DNA of 32,000 nucleotides from Candidatus Electronema halotolerans (GCA_942493095.1 OW818675.1:2460001-2492000); one strand, 5' to 3'; positions 8,433 through 17,210 are shown, counted from the stretch's first letter. The notes: generated by a model not told the origin, from the sequence alone. Numbers and translations are program-made.

Positions 8433-9509
8433 TTACCCCACCCTCACATCCAGCACATCCGCCAGCCGCCCGTAATACTGATCCCGCACCAAATCCAGCA
8501 ACGCGGCATAATCATTCACCCGGACGCTCAGGCTGCTGACCGCCGACCCGGCAAAGCCTTGCAGGGTGTATTCGCCATTCGCCGTGACGGTCACTGCCGC
8601 ACCCGCTGGCCCGTCCTCCTTCATGCCGAGCAGACCGAGAAGCAGGACGCTGTTCCTGATGTCAAAGACTGCCTGAATGCGCAGCATCTCATCCGCTGCC
8701 ACGCTGCCGCCGGTCACACTCGCTAATGGACTGGCAGAATTGCTGCTCAGAATGCCGACTTCCGGCGGATTGGGATGACCGAAATTGCTCAAAGTCAGGG
8801 GTGAACGCAGCCGTCTGCTGTAGATGCCGGTGCGCGGGCTGCCGTGCCCAGTCGGGCGAGTTGAAAGCGAGAGCGTGTATTCGTTGTTGAACGGCGCATC
8901 TTGCGCAGGAATATCCGGGACAAGGACAATGCTTGAATCCGAGATCGGCCCGAACTGCCCCTGCACGGCCTCGCCGCTGCGGGTGCCCCGGATCAGGCAT
9001 TCACAGCCCTCGGCATCCGGGTCGAAAAGCAGATTGCTGCCGGTGAGCTGAAGCACGCCCTTGCTGTAGAGCACATCAGCCAGATGCAGGCGAGTGTCCT
9101 CAGCATTTTCAATCACCGGCCCCTTGATGAGCATGGGCAGCTTCACAAAGCTGGCCTGCTGCTTGATCTCATCCAGAAAAGGCTGGAGCACTCGGACGCT
9201 GACATGCAGGCTCTCATCTGTCGGCGGCAGCGGGTCATCCGGCGACTCCAGCCTGCCGGTGAAGGACAGGCCAAAGGACATCATGCCGTCAATGGTCACT
9301 TGACTGCCGTTGAGCAGTTTTTTCTGAATGACCTGCCGCAGGACAGCCAGCATGGTCTTGGCATCTTCCTCCGTATAGTTTGGATTCTCTTCCGCCATTG
9401 CGGCGGCTATATCGTCGGTTCCGGCTGAGTCGCGGGGCACGAAGCGGATTTTGTAGGACTGAGGAACCGTGAGGACGTTGACTTCGGGCCGCCATTGAAT
9501 TGATGCCAT
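8433..9509 (-). CDS. HU/IHF-like DNA-binding domain protein with DUF4469-type C-terminal region
   Basis: The N-terminal part (YTEEDAKTMLAVLRQVIQKKLLNGSQVTIDGMMSFGLSFTGRL) resembles the HU-fold domain found in such proteins; the C-terminal half is Ig-like. Start at MASIQWRPEVNVL. Confidence 0.6.
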   Translation of the reverse strand: MASIQWRPEVNVLTVPQSYKIRFVPRDSAGTDDIAAAMAEENPNYTEEDAKTMLAVLRQVIQKKLLNGSQVTIDGMMSFGLSFTGRLESPDDPLPPTDESLHVSVRVLQPFLDEIKQQASFVKLPMLIKGPVIENAEDTRLHLADVLYSKGVLQLTGSNLLFDPDAEGCECLIRGTRSGEAVQGQFGPISDSSIVLVPDIPAQDAPFNNEYTLSLSTRPTGHGSPRTGIYSRRLRSPLTLSNFGHPNPPEVGILSSNSASPLASVTGGSVAADEMLRIQAVFDIRNSVLLLGLLGMKEDGPAGAAVTVTANGEYTLQGFAGSAVSSLSVRVNDYAALLDLVRDQYYGRLADVLDVRVG

Positions 9510-9659
9510 AACATGCTCCAATTGCAAAAGGAAAGCTGCGCCAAAAAGAAAGGGGAGGCGATTTTCGGCAGCATAATCCTGCGGCATCATTTTGTCAAGA
9601 ATTTTTTTGCAATGAGAATGATTATCAGGTTGGAAAAAGCATGCCCGATGCGATTTTGT

Positions 9660-9767
9660 CGTTATACGTATAACGAATTTTCCGTTATACGTATAACGAA
9701 TCAGTCGTTATACCTATGATGAATCGGTCGTCATAGGTATCATGGCGCTCTTATGATACCTATGACG
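9660..9767. repeat. Array of five 16-bp palindromic or near-palindromic sites with an exact 23-bp period
   Basis: CGTTATACGTATAACG at 9660-9675 and 9683-9698; CGTTATACCTATGATG at 9706-9721; CGTCATAGGTATCATG at 9729-9744; TATGATACCTATGACG at 9752-9767. Confidence 0.93.
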
Positions 9768-9824
9768 GAACAGCGATTACAACGTAAGGAAATGTCTGTC
9801 CTTGTCCTTGTCTTGCTTGGCCAA

Positions 9825-9871
9825 CAGGCGCAGGATTCCTGCGCTGCCGCAGATCAAAGCGCGGCAGGATG
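9825..9871. repeat. Short fragment similar to the 3' end of hoxF (5913-5962), containing an inverted repeat
   Basis: CAGGCGCAGGATTCCTGCGCTGCCGCAGATCAAAGCGCGGCAGGAT versus CAGGCGCAGGATTCCTGCACTGCCGCTGCCAGATCAAAACGCGGCAGGAT. Confidence 0.75.
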
Positions 9872-9990
9872 TTGAATCAGATGCTTGGCGGTCTGATTAC
9901 ATGCCTGCTGCTGGTGATTTACTGCCGGAAGCATTTCAACGAAAAAGTTTCCGCTCTGAATATCCGTATGATACGCTCGAAAATGCAGAA
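9869..9990 (+). pseudogene. Possible transposase C-terminal remnant
   Basis: The plus-frame translation MLNQMLGGLITCLLLVIYCRKHFNEKVSALNIRMIRSKMQNE resembles the C-terminal tail of IS4-type transposases. No N-terminal part is present. Confidence 0.35.
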
Positions 9991-10094
9991 TGAATCAATG
10001 GCGGAACTCAATATTGGCGAAAATGGTTTTAGGATGACACCAAGTGTGAAACCGCATGCAAAAAACTAACCGGACACTGCTGATGCCGATCTGT

Positions 10095-11447
10095 CTATCC
10101 TGTAATATTGCAGCCTGCCGCTTCGCTGCACAACTGAACTACCGCCTGACAACGCTCTTCCACGGCCCGGTGGTCTTCGGCTTCAGGCAACCCCTTAGCA
10201 GCCCCTCGGTCGATCATCCTCGCGTGTCGCAACAGCGCAGCGCGGTCCTCTGACCTATGTACGGAACCAGCAACCACAGCAATAGTTTCAAGCAGACGGA
10301 TTGTCACTGCAACGCTGGAACTGCCGTATTGCCGGATCTGATTGAACGCTGCATCCGTGACATCCGGGAACGTGAGGACGGGCGTAATTATCCTAAGATG
10401 CTCCTCAGTGTCATGGCGATAAGGCGACGGCATTTCTCGTTGCGCCAAGCGACACAGTGCCGACCCCAAGCGGTCCACACACGCCATCGCCGTGAACGGG
10501 TCATTCACTCCGGGAGAGAGGGCGCGTATCGCAATTTCGACGAGCTGATTGACCGCGAACTCAATATCCTGACCGGCCCTTCGCTGGTTGCCCAGGGCAA
10601 ACGCTGCATTGACAAGCGCGACAAGCTGATCAGTCACCTTGTTCCCCGGCCAGACCAGCACCAGCGGGCAGGCGGCAACGACATAGTGGCCGGGTCGTCG
10701 CTCCAGTCGAATAACGACATCCTCTTGTATGGCCAACGTCATCAAAGCGTCTCCATCGACGAACTGGAGATAGCCGTCTCCGGCAGAGCCAACCGGACGA
10801 GCTTCCTGCTCAAACGTGTCGAAAAAGCCTGCATCTGGCAGTTTCGTCGGAATCCGTGATGCTCCCTGTCCGATGTTTTCTGGAAACAAGCGCTCCACTT
10901 CCTTGATCAACTCCGTTCCGACCCGCGCCACAATCTCGTTGGCTTGGATAGAAATGGAAACGTGATGGATGAAGTAGATCAACACCCCCACACTCACCAC
11001 TGCGAGCAGCACGCCGAGGGTGACAGACAGGTGAGGGACAAAGGCGATCTCGTCAGCCCGGCGGATGGTGCGCAGGACAAGCAAACAATACAGGAAAGTG
11101 GCGACGAACGTGCCAAGCACCGTTTGGGTCGTGGTGTCGCGCATAAAATTGCGGAGCAGACGGGGGCCGAGCTGTGACGAGGCAAGCGACAGAGCGACCA
11201 AGGTCATTGAGAAAACCACCCCGGCGATAGTGATCATTGATCCGGCAATGGCCCCCAGCAAGGAACTCGCACCCTCTGCTCCGCCGGTGAACGTCCAACC
11301 CAAGTGAAGCGTCAACCAGTCCGTCAGCGGCTCATCCAAGGCGACGGTTGCAAAGGCCAGCACCATCGCCCCGCCGGCCATGACTGCCGGGAGAAACCAG
11401 AAACTGGAACGAACGCGATCCCATGTTTTAAGAAGCAGTAATTTCAT
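10095..11447 (-). CDS. DUF2254-family predicted membrane protein
   Basis: Four hydrophobic segments, AIAGSMITIAGVVFSMTLVALSLASSQLGPRLLRNFMRD and ALSPGVNDPFTAMACVDRL are characteristic of this family. Start taken at MKLLLLKTWDR. Confidence 0.85.
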   Translation of the reverse strand: MKLLLLKTWDRVRSSFWFLPAVMAGGAMVLAFATVALDEPLTDWLTLHLGWTFTGGAEGASSLLGAIAGSMITIAGVVFSMTLVALSLASSQLGPRLLRNFMRDTTTQTVLGTFVATFLYCLLVLRTIRRADEIAFVPHLSVTLGVLLAVVSVGVLIYFIHHVSISIQANEIVARVGTELIKEVERLFPENIGQGASRIPTKLPDAGFFDTFEQEARPVGSAGDGYLQFVDGDALMTLAIQEDVVIRLERRPGHYVVAACPLVLVWPGNKVTDQLVALVNAAFALGNQRRAGQDIEFAVNQLVEIAIRALSPGVNDPFTAMACVDRLGSALCRLAQREMPSPYRHDTEEHLRIITPVLTFPDVTDAAFNQIRQYGSSSVAVTIRLLETIAVVAGSVHRSEDRAALLRHARMIDRGAAKGLPEAEDHRAVEERCQAVVQLCSEAAGCNITG

Positions 11448-11641
11448 GATATAGCTGAAGCAGGATAAAATGCCGCTGTCATCTGTCTCTCCCCCGTCAT
11501 GTCGGCGCGTTGCACGAGCAGACACGGCGGGCGGCAGAAAGAAGGCTCAGATTACACTGCTTCCAATTTCCTGCGAGACGAGACAAGGAGAATTCAGGCG
11601 GCAAACAGCTCACCCGGCAGCGGCCCGAATTGCAGGAGCGT

Positions 11642-14600
11642 TCAGGCAGGGCAGCTCTGCCGCCGTCTCCTCAATCCCTGCCAGCCGCCCAAGAGCAGCA
11701 CTGCCGCCCCCGGTAGCAGCAGCATCCAGATGCCGATTTGCAGGGCCAGCCATGCTGCGCCGGTCACAGGGAGAAGGAGCAGGCGCACAGCAAATCGCAA
11801 TGCGCTGTGCTGGCTGATGACATCAGCAATGTTTGGCGAAACCTGATAGTAGAAATCTACCAAAGCGCGGGTGACAGCGTTGCCGGACAGAAACTGGTTG
11901 CGGAAATCCCGGAGCGTCTGCACCGCCGGGGCAAAGATGGAGCCAAAGGCAGCAGTGGCGACAAAGCAGGAATCACCTGTGCGGAAGCCGACGTGGTTGC
12001 CGTAATAAATGTTGCCCTTGCTGATCGCGTAGGCGCGGGCGTAGAAAAAGGTGCCGGGCTTGAGGTCTTTCAGTTTGCTGCTGAAAGTGCCGTTGCCGCT
12101 GCCTGCGCTGACGTAACCTTCTTCAAGAAAATCGTCGTCCGTGGTATCCGCAGTGCTTGTTGCATCCGACTTGCTGTCCGTGCTGGTGGTGTCGCTTGTT
12201 GTCGTTGTCGTGGAGGTAGTGCCATCGGTTACAGTCTGCGCATAAGCCGTGCTGACAAAAAAATTGCCGACACCTTGCAAGGCTGTGTTGATGACAGGCT
12301 GGAAATTGCTTGCTCCTGGCGGAGGAGGAGTTGATCCATCTGAAACAGTGAAGTCAATCTTTGTGCCGACAGGGCTGGCTTTTCCTGACGTGTTCTGGCA
12401 GCGGACGTAATACTTATAGGGTGAATCATCAGCGGTCAGATTTTTAAGCTCTGCTGAAGAATGACTTGTGCCGTCTGAATCCTTGTCAGCATTCATTTCT
12501 TCAGTCATACGTTCATAATCAATATCATCATCTTTACTGTATTTGCACGTAGCAACGACATCAGTATCGACCTCTATAACCGGATCAGTTGACGAGAAAC
12601 TACTCTTTGTCTTATTGGTAATGACGACAGGAGTTACAAGAAAAGAAATTTCCTTGCTTGCAGAGATATTACCTGCATCATCTTTGCAACGGACAAAATA
12701 GGTGTATTCTTTAGCAGTCAGCGTAAGAGTAGCTGAATGGCTTGTACTGCCAGTGAAGGTTCCAGCCATATCATCATAAGTTGTATCAGTTGTACTGTAT
12801 TTACAGGTTGCCGCCTCGGAAGTTGACACTTTCAAGATGACATCATCATCTGTATTGAATGCCGCAGCAGTTATTTCGCTCACTGTTGGCGGCGTGGTGT
12901 CTGTTCCTGAAGAGCTGTTCACCGTGAAAGAAATCGTGGTGTCTGTTGTGTTCACCGCCTCGCTGGACGTATTCTTGCAGCGGGCATAGTAGGTGTATGT
13001 TGTTCCGCTCGTGAGACCGTCGATAGTCTGTGAATGCGATGTTCCGCCGGTGCTGGAAAAGGTGTAGGTCATATCGTCATAGGCTGTTTCCGCAGCAGTG
13101 TCATACTTGCAGGTCGCGGCAACATTGGTTGTCAAACTCAAGGTTGCAGAATCGCCAGTGACGCTGCTGGAAGTCTTGTTAGTCACTGTTGGCGCGTCTT
13201 CTGTGCCGCTGCTTGTTACGGTGAAAGAAATCACTGTGTCTGTGGTGTTCACCACGCTGCTGGCAGTATTTTTGCAACGGGCATAATACGTATAGGTTCC
13301 AGTCTCAAGATCACTGACAATCTGCGCATGGATTTTTTCCCCTGTGGTGGAAAAGGTGCTGGCCATATCGTCATAAGCTGTTCCGGCATTAGTATCATAC
13401 TTGCAGGTCGCATCAACATCGGTGGTGAGGCTTATTGTGACTGATGTTCCAGAAATGCTGCTGGCCGAAGTATTGGTCACAGTCGGCGCGCCGCTGCTGT
13501 CGGCTGCGCTGCTGCCCTCTTTTGTCGGATTGGGCATGGTGCCGAAGACAAAACCCCGCTCCGTGACATTTGACAGGCTGTTCAATATCTCTCCCGAAAG
13601 AATTGCTGTTGTTCTGGTCACTTCATACGGTTCTCCGGTCAAAACATGCTGATTGCCTGCATCAAGACTGCGGTCTATTTTGTTGACAGCATTTTCTTCC
13701 GTATTTGCATCAGTCAGATATTTGCTCACTGCCGCACTCGACCCTGCCGAGTTAGTGCTCTCGCCCACTATCACCACGCTGTCATTGGAGGCGTTGGCTA
13801 TGGCGGTTGATTTGTCGTCATCACTGAAAATAGTTGTCAGCGTTTCCGTGTTAGCAGATTCCGCTGCCTGCATGGTCACGCTACTGCTGCTCAAATTATC
13901 AGCATCTGCGCTGCCGCCTTTTGTATATGTGATCAGCAGAAAGACCCGTTTTTCATCAACGGTTTTAAAACCGGCAGCCGCGATCTTTTCGCCGACCTCA
14001 GCCGCATCGTAAAGCACATCATCACCCTTGCCTGCTGAAGCGACCAGAGCACCGTTGTTCTCAAAGCTGCTGTCCGGCTGACCTTCCGCCGTGAAGCGGA
14101 ACAAGGCCGCATCGCGCTGACCTTCCTCACCGACTGCGCCCGCCACCAATATCTTGTTGTCTTCCGTGACAAACATGCCGTAGCCTTCGCTGAAGGTGCT
14201 GCTGTCTGCTGGGACCGCAATGCCTTTCTCGCCAAAGGTATTGTCCAACTGCCCGGCAGCATTAAAACCGAGCAGCATCAGGCCCCGCTTCTTGCCGTCG
14301 CTGTACGAGCCGGAGACTAAAATCCGCCCGGTTTTGCTCAGAGCCACGCTCTCCGCCTGCGCATCCACGCCTGTCATGCTGAGAGAAAAACCGTCATTGG
14401 CAAACGAGGTGTCAAGAGTGCCGTCGGCCTTGTAGCGGGCCAGCACCACGACCCTGCCGTTTTTGCCCTGCGCCGCACCGGTGATGACAATGCTGCCGTC
14501 TTTCTGCACCGCCATGTCGGTGATTTCATCGTTGCTGCTGCCCACTGCGGTGACGGTCATGCCTTCCAAACCAAAATCGCGGTCAAGGCTGCCGTCGCTG

Positions 14601-15013
14601 TTGTAGCGGACAAGGGCGAAATCACGATTTTCACCGTTATTGGTGTAGCCGCCGGCAAGGATTTTGCCGTCTTCCTGAAGAGCCAGCGTCAAGGCCTCGT
14701 CGTCGTAGGAGCCGACTGCCGTGGTGACTGTGCCGTCATAGTTGAAATTCTTATCCAGCTCGCCATTTGGCTGGAGACGGAAGAGCATGAAATCCTTGTC
14801 CGCCGTGCTGGTCGAGGAGCCTGCGACCAAAATCTTGCCGTCCGGCTGGGACAGCACCGCATTGGCCCGGCTGCCATAGATGCCCAGTTCCACTGCCACC
14901 CGGCCATCCTCGCCAAAATTGGGATCAAGAGTGACAGCGGCGGAAGCCTCGGAGAACAAGGCGGCGAAGAAAATCAAGCAAAGGGTCAGTAGCTGGACGG
15001 GACGGATATTCAT
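11642..15013 (-). CDS. Very large secreted/surface protein: delta-60 repeats, Fn3-like domain, four CKY...RC repeats, CFI-box-like C-terminus with TM segment
   Basis: Signal peptide-like MNIRPVQLLTLCLIFFAALFSEASA; repeated ALQEDGKILAGGYTN...RYNSDGSLDRDFG units; four related about 85-aa domains; C-terminal SCFVATAAFGSIFAPAVQTLRDFRNQFL...YYQVSPNIADVI followed by a hydrophobic segment and RRRRQ. Confidence 0.9.
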   Translation of the reverse strand: MNIRPVQLLTLCLIFFAALFSEASAAVTLDPNFGEDGRVAVELGIYGSRANAVLSQPDGKILVAGSSTSTADKDFMLFRLQPNGELDKNFNYDGTVTTAVGSYDDEALTLALQEDGKILAGGYTNNGENRDFALVRYNSDGSLDRDFGLEGMTVTAVGSSNDEITDMAVQKDGSIVITGAAQGKNGRVVVLARYKADGTLDTSFANDGFSLSMTGVDAQAESVALSKTGRILVSGSYSDGKKRGLMLLGFNAAGQLDNTFGEKGIAVPADSSTFSEGYGMFVTEDNKILVAGAVGEEGQRDAALFRFTAEGQPDSSFENNGALVASAGKGDDVLYDAAEVGEKIAAAGFKTVDEKRVFLLITYTKGGSADADNLSSSSVTMQAAESANTETLTTIFSDDDKSTAIANASNDSVVIVGESTNSAGSSAAVSKYLTDANTEENAVNKIDRSLDAGNQHVLTGEPYEVTRTTAILSGEILNSLSNVTERGFVFGTMPNPTKEGSSAADSSGAPTVTNTSASSISGTSVTISLTTDVDATCKYDTNAGTAYDDMASTFSTTGEKIHAQIVSDLETGTYTYYARCKNTASSVVNTTDTVISFTVTSSGTEDAPTVTNKTSSSVTGDSATLSLTTNVAATCKYDTAAETAYDDMTYTFSSTGGTSHSQTIDGLTSGTTYTYYARCKNTSSEAVNTTDTTISFTVNSSSGTDTTPPTVSEITAAAFNTDDDVILKVSTSEAATCKYSTTDTTYDDMAGTFTGSTSHSATLTLTAKEYTYFVRCKDDAGNISASKEISFLVTPVVITNKTKSSFSSTDPVIEVDTDVVATCKYSKDDDIDYERMTEEMNADKDSDGTSHSSAELKNLTADDSPYKYYVRCQNTSGKASPVGTKIDFTVSDGSTPPPPGASNFQPVINTALQGVGNFFVSTAYAQTVTDGTTSTTTTTSDTTSTDSKSDATSTADTTDDDFLEEGYVSAGSGNGTFSSKLKDLKPGTFFYARAYAISKGNIYYGNHVGFRTGDSCFVATAAFGSIFAPAVQTLRDFRNQFLSGNAVTRALVDFYYQVSPNIADVISQHSALRFAVRLLLLPVTGAAWLALQIGIWMLLLPGAAVLLLGGWQGLRRRRQSCPA
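12340..13490 (-). repeat. Four tandem about 85-aa repeats, each with a conserved ATCKY...(Y/F)(A/V)RC cysteine pair
   Basis: VDATCKYDT...YYARCKNT; VAATCKYDT...YYARCKNT; EAATCKYST...YFVRCKDD; VVATCKYSK...YYVRCQNT. Confidence 0.88.
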
Positions 15014-15174
15014 GATCAGACATCTCCTGCGGGGATGGAATTTTTTCTTCAGCATAGCCGATTGATGAAAAAATGACAACGTCCTGCCCCGGCAGTCTGT
15101 TTCCCGAAGCTGCAAATCTTTTGTGGAACATGATACAGGCAGGCCGCTGCGCTGAATTCAGTTCCGGCCCGCTT

Positions 15175-16146
15175 TCAGGCGGCAAACAGCTCCTCCAGCG
15201 AGGCGGCTGTGAAGACTTTGCTCATCCACTGCCGCAGCTGCTGGGGCGAGGCCGCCCGCACCTGCGTGCGCAGCTCCTCCGGCATCGGCCCGAATCTTTC
15301 CTCCAACAGCAGGAGCAGGCTTTCGGCCATGCCCTGCGCCAGACCTTTTTCCAAGCCCTGCGCCAAGCCCTTCTCTAAGCCTTTCTTCAAGCCTTTTTCC
15401 AAGCCTTGCGCCAGACCTTGCTCCATGCCCTTCTCCTCGGCGGAGGCGATCTTGCTCTCCACATCCATCAGGGCGCGCATCCGGGTCTCATAGACTAACC
15501 GCTCCTCCTCGTTGAACATCCTGTCCACCGCCTCCATAGCCTTGAGAATGCTGCGGTCAGCAGCCATTGTCTCAGGCATTTCGTTCCGCCGCAGCTCGTG
15601 CGCCTTGGTGAGGAAGGCGGCCCAACGGTCGAGCGGCTTGACTAAGTCGGCAAAGTCCTTCCTGAACTTGCGCAGCTCGATGTAATGCAGCTCAAAGATG
15701 TCATGCAGCCCGTCGTCCTTGCAGCTGGCCGTGTTGATGATTTTGTACAGGCTGTGAAATTCCTCATCGCCCGGCACGAAGTTGAAGTCGAGGATGCTGA
15801 TGCACACGGTCTTTTGCAGAGTTTTGTACATCTGCCCCTCGGTGAGCTGCTCTGTGACCAATTTGGCCCAGTAATAGATGGCCCGCTTGTCGAAATACAA
15901 ATCCTCGCTGATCTGCATCTCGACATTGAACCAGCGGCCCTTCCGGTCAACAGCCTTGATGTCCAAAATCGACATCTTGCCCGCCTGATAGTTGGCCAAA
16001 CTGTAGGGATTGCGCAGGGTCACGTCCGCGACCTGATCCTCCTCAGAAACCACCGCGTTGATCAGGGAGATGAGCAGATCCTTGTTCTCTTCGCTGCCGA
16101 AGAGCTTTTTAAAGGCGAAATCAACTCTGGGGTTTATCCGGCACAT
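15175..16146 (-). CDS. Rpn/PD-(D/E)XK nuclease-family (transposase-like) protein
   Basis: NPRVDFAFKKLFGSEENKDLLISLINAV...ILDIKAVDRKGRWFNVEMQIS...RAIYYWAKLVTEQLTEG is typical of the family, as is the GLEKGLAQG tail. The start could instead be 16182 or 16212. Confidence 0.87.
   Translation of the reverse strand: MCRINPRVDFAFKKLFGSEENKDLLISLINAVVSEEDQVADVTLRNPYSLANYQAGKMSILDIKAVDRKGRWFNVEMQISEDLYFDKRAIYYWAKLVTEQLTEGQMYKTLQKTVCISILDFNFVPGDEEFHSLYKIINTASCKDDGLHDIFELHYIELRKFRKDFADLVKPLDRWAAFLTKAHELRRNEMPETMAADRSILKAMEAVDRMFNEEERLVYETRMRALMDVESKIASAEEKGMEQGLAQGLEKGLKKGLEKGLAQGLEKGLAQGMAESLLLLLEERFGPMPEELRTQVRAASPQQLRQWMSKVFTAASLEELFAA
15330..15440 (-). repeat. Low-complexity coding repeat (EKG/AQG/KKG units) within the Rpn-like gene
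   Basis: Protein EKGMEQGLAQGLEKGLKKGLEKGLAQGLEKGLAQG; DNA repeats of roughly 12 nt such as CAAGCCCTGCGCC. Confidence 0.8.
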
Positions 16147-16357
16147 TTTTTTTGCCTCCGCTTGCTGAAGCCTGTTTTTCATGGAAAACTGCGTGCAGCA
16201 GTATAGGCGCAAAGCCGGACGGACTCAAGCGGGAAATGAACAGATGCTGACTCATGACGTGGAACTGCTCAGTGTAAGCGATCACAGGGTGCCGCTCAGA
16301 TGTCAAGACCCGGATGATTGCTCATTCCTCGGCAAAATATTGGCAGGACTTTGAAAG

Positions 16358-17093
16358 TCATGCGTTTGCCCTGCAAACAAAGCCGAGTTGATCCAGCAAT
16401 TGAACCCGCTCCGGTGAAAGCTGCCCTTTGTTTCGACGTGTTCGTTGTGAACTTACCCAGCTCCACAGGCCAGAATCTCCTTGCCAACCCGTTGCCACAT
16501 TGCAATGACCGAAACGCTCTTTAAACGCCTTCAGTTTGCCAAACCAAACATCCCACGACGAGCAAAGGCTGTCCAAACAGCGCGTTGCAACAGAAGCGCG
16601 GAGCGTGTCCAAGCTGAGACGCAGGCCGCCGATGTCCACACGGTCGCTGAATCCGCTGTCATCAAAGCCCTTGCCGCTGCCCTTCTGTTCGCCAAAATGA
16701 CGGATCAGCTCGGCCAGCACATCATCCTGTTCCTGAAGCGAGTTGAGCACATCCCAAACTTCAGTGAACTCCGAGCGGCACCAGCACATAGCCGACCGTC
16801 TTGCCATCGGCCCGGCGCATGGCGCGGCCAGCGGCTTGCACGATGTCCATCCGGCTACATCTCGGTGAAAGAAAGGCAACCATATCAACAGCAGGAACGT
16901 CCATGCCTTCAGTCAGACAGCGGGCGTTGGACATGACAGCGCGGGATGCGGCCCGGAAGTCGCGCATTTCCCGCTCGCGTCGAGCGGTTGCCATCTTGCC
17001 GCTGACATGAAAGGTCTCAAAGTTCGGCAAATGAGTGCGGATGCCCTCGCTGCCCTTGGCGACAAAGGACGCGGCAGAGCCAATCGTTTTATA
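16358..17093 (-). pseudogene. Truncated and frameshifted SF2 helicase with a helicase-associated (HA) domain
   Basis: Frame 1: GSAASFVAKGSEGIRTHLPNFETFHVSGKM...NARCLTEGMDVPAVDMVAFLSPRCSRMDIVQAAGRAMRRADGKTVGYVLVPL. It then continues in another frame with SEFTEVWDVLNSLQEQDDVLAELI...WDVWFGKLKAFKERFGHCNVATGW...LGF. No N-terminal ATPase motifs. Confidence 0.87.
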
Positions 17094-17109
17094 TCAGGCG
17101 ACTTGTGAG

Positions 17110-17177
17110 AACATGGTGGCAAAGCTGCTATTCTGCTCCCTATAATCCTGTTCAAGTCAAGCAGCAACTGGAGGCGA
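17110..17177 (+). other. Placeholder for the hairpin described in the next feature; coordinates unreliable, disregard
   Basis: Superseded by the feature at 17177-17110's corrected range 17177-17108+; see 17177-17210 entry. Confidence 0.01.
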
Positions 17178-17210
17178 AGCCCTGAGTCCTAATGATTCAG
17201 GGCTTTTTAT
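17177..17210 (+). terminator. Rho-independent terminator-like hairpin
   Basis: AAGCCCTGA (17177-17185), 11-nt loop, TCAGGGCTT (17197-17205), then TTTAT. Confidence 0.6.

Noticed and set aside
12340-13490. Regular repeats considered as a possible CRISPR or non-coding repeat array
   Set aside because: Periodicity is that of protein domains (about 250-290 bp) in one continuous reading frame, with synonymous divergence between copies.
15014-15115. TTG-initiated N-terminal extension of the giant repeat protein
   Set aside because: The extension places a clear signal peptide (MNIRPVQLLTLCLIFFAALFSEASA) internally; the ATG at 15013 is more plausible.
15330-15440. Tandem coding repeat considered as a possible CRISPR-like array
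   Set aside because: The short repeats are contiguous and in-frame (EKGLAQG units) with no spacers; this tail is common in Rpn-type proteins.
17177-17210. The malformed duplicate feature entry for this hairpin (start 17177, end 17110)
   Set aside because: Its coordinates are invalid and it carries 0.01 confidence. The valid entry is the terminator-like hairpin at 17177-17210; it has no intact plus-strand gene upstream, so its function is unassigned.
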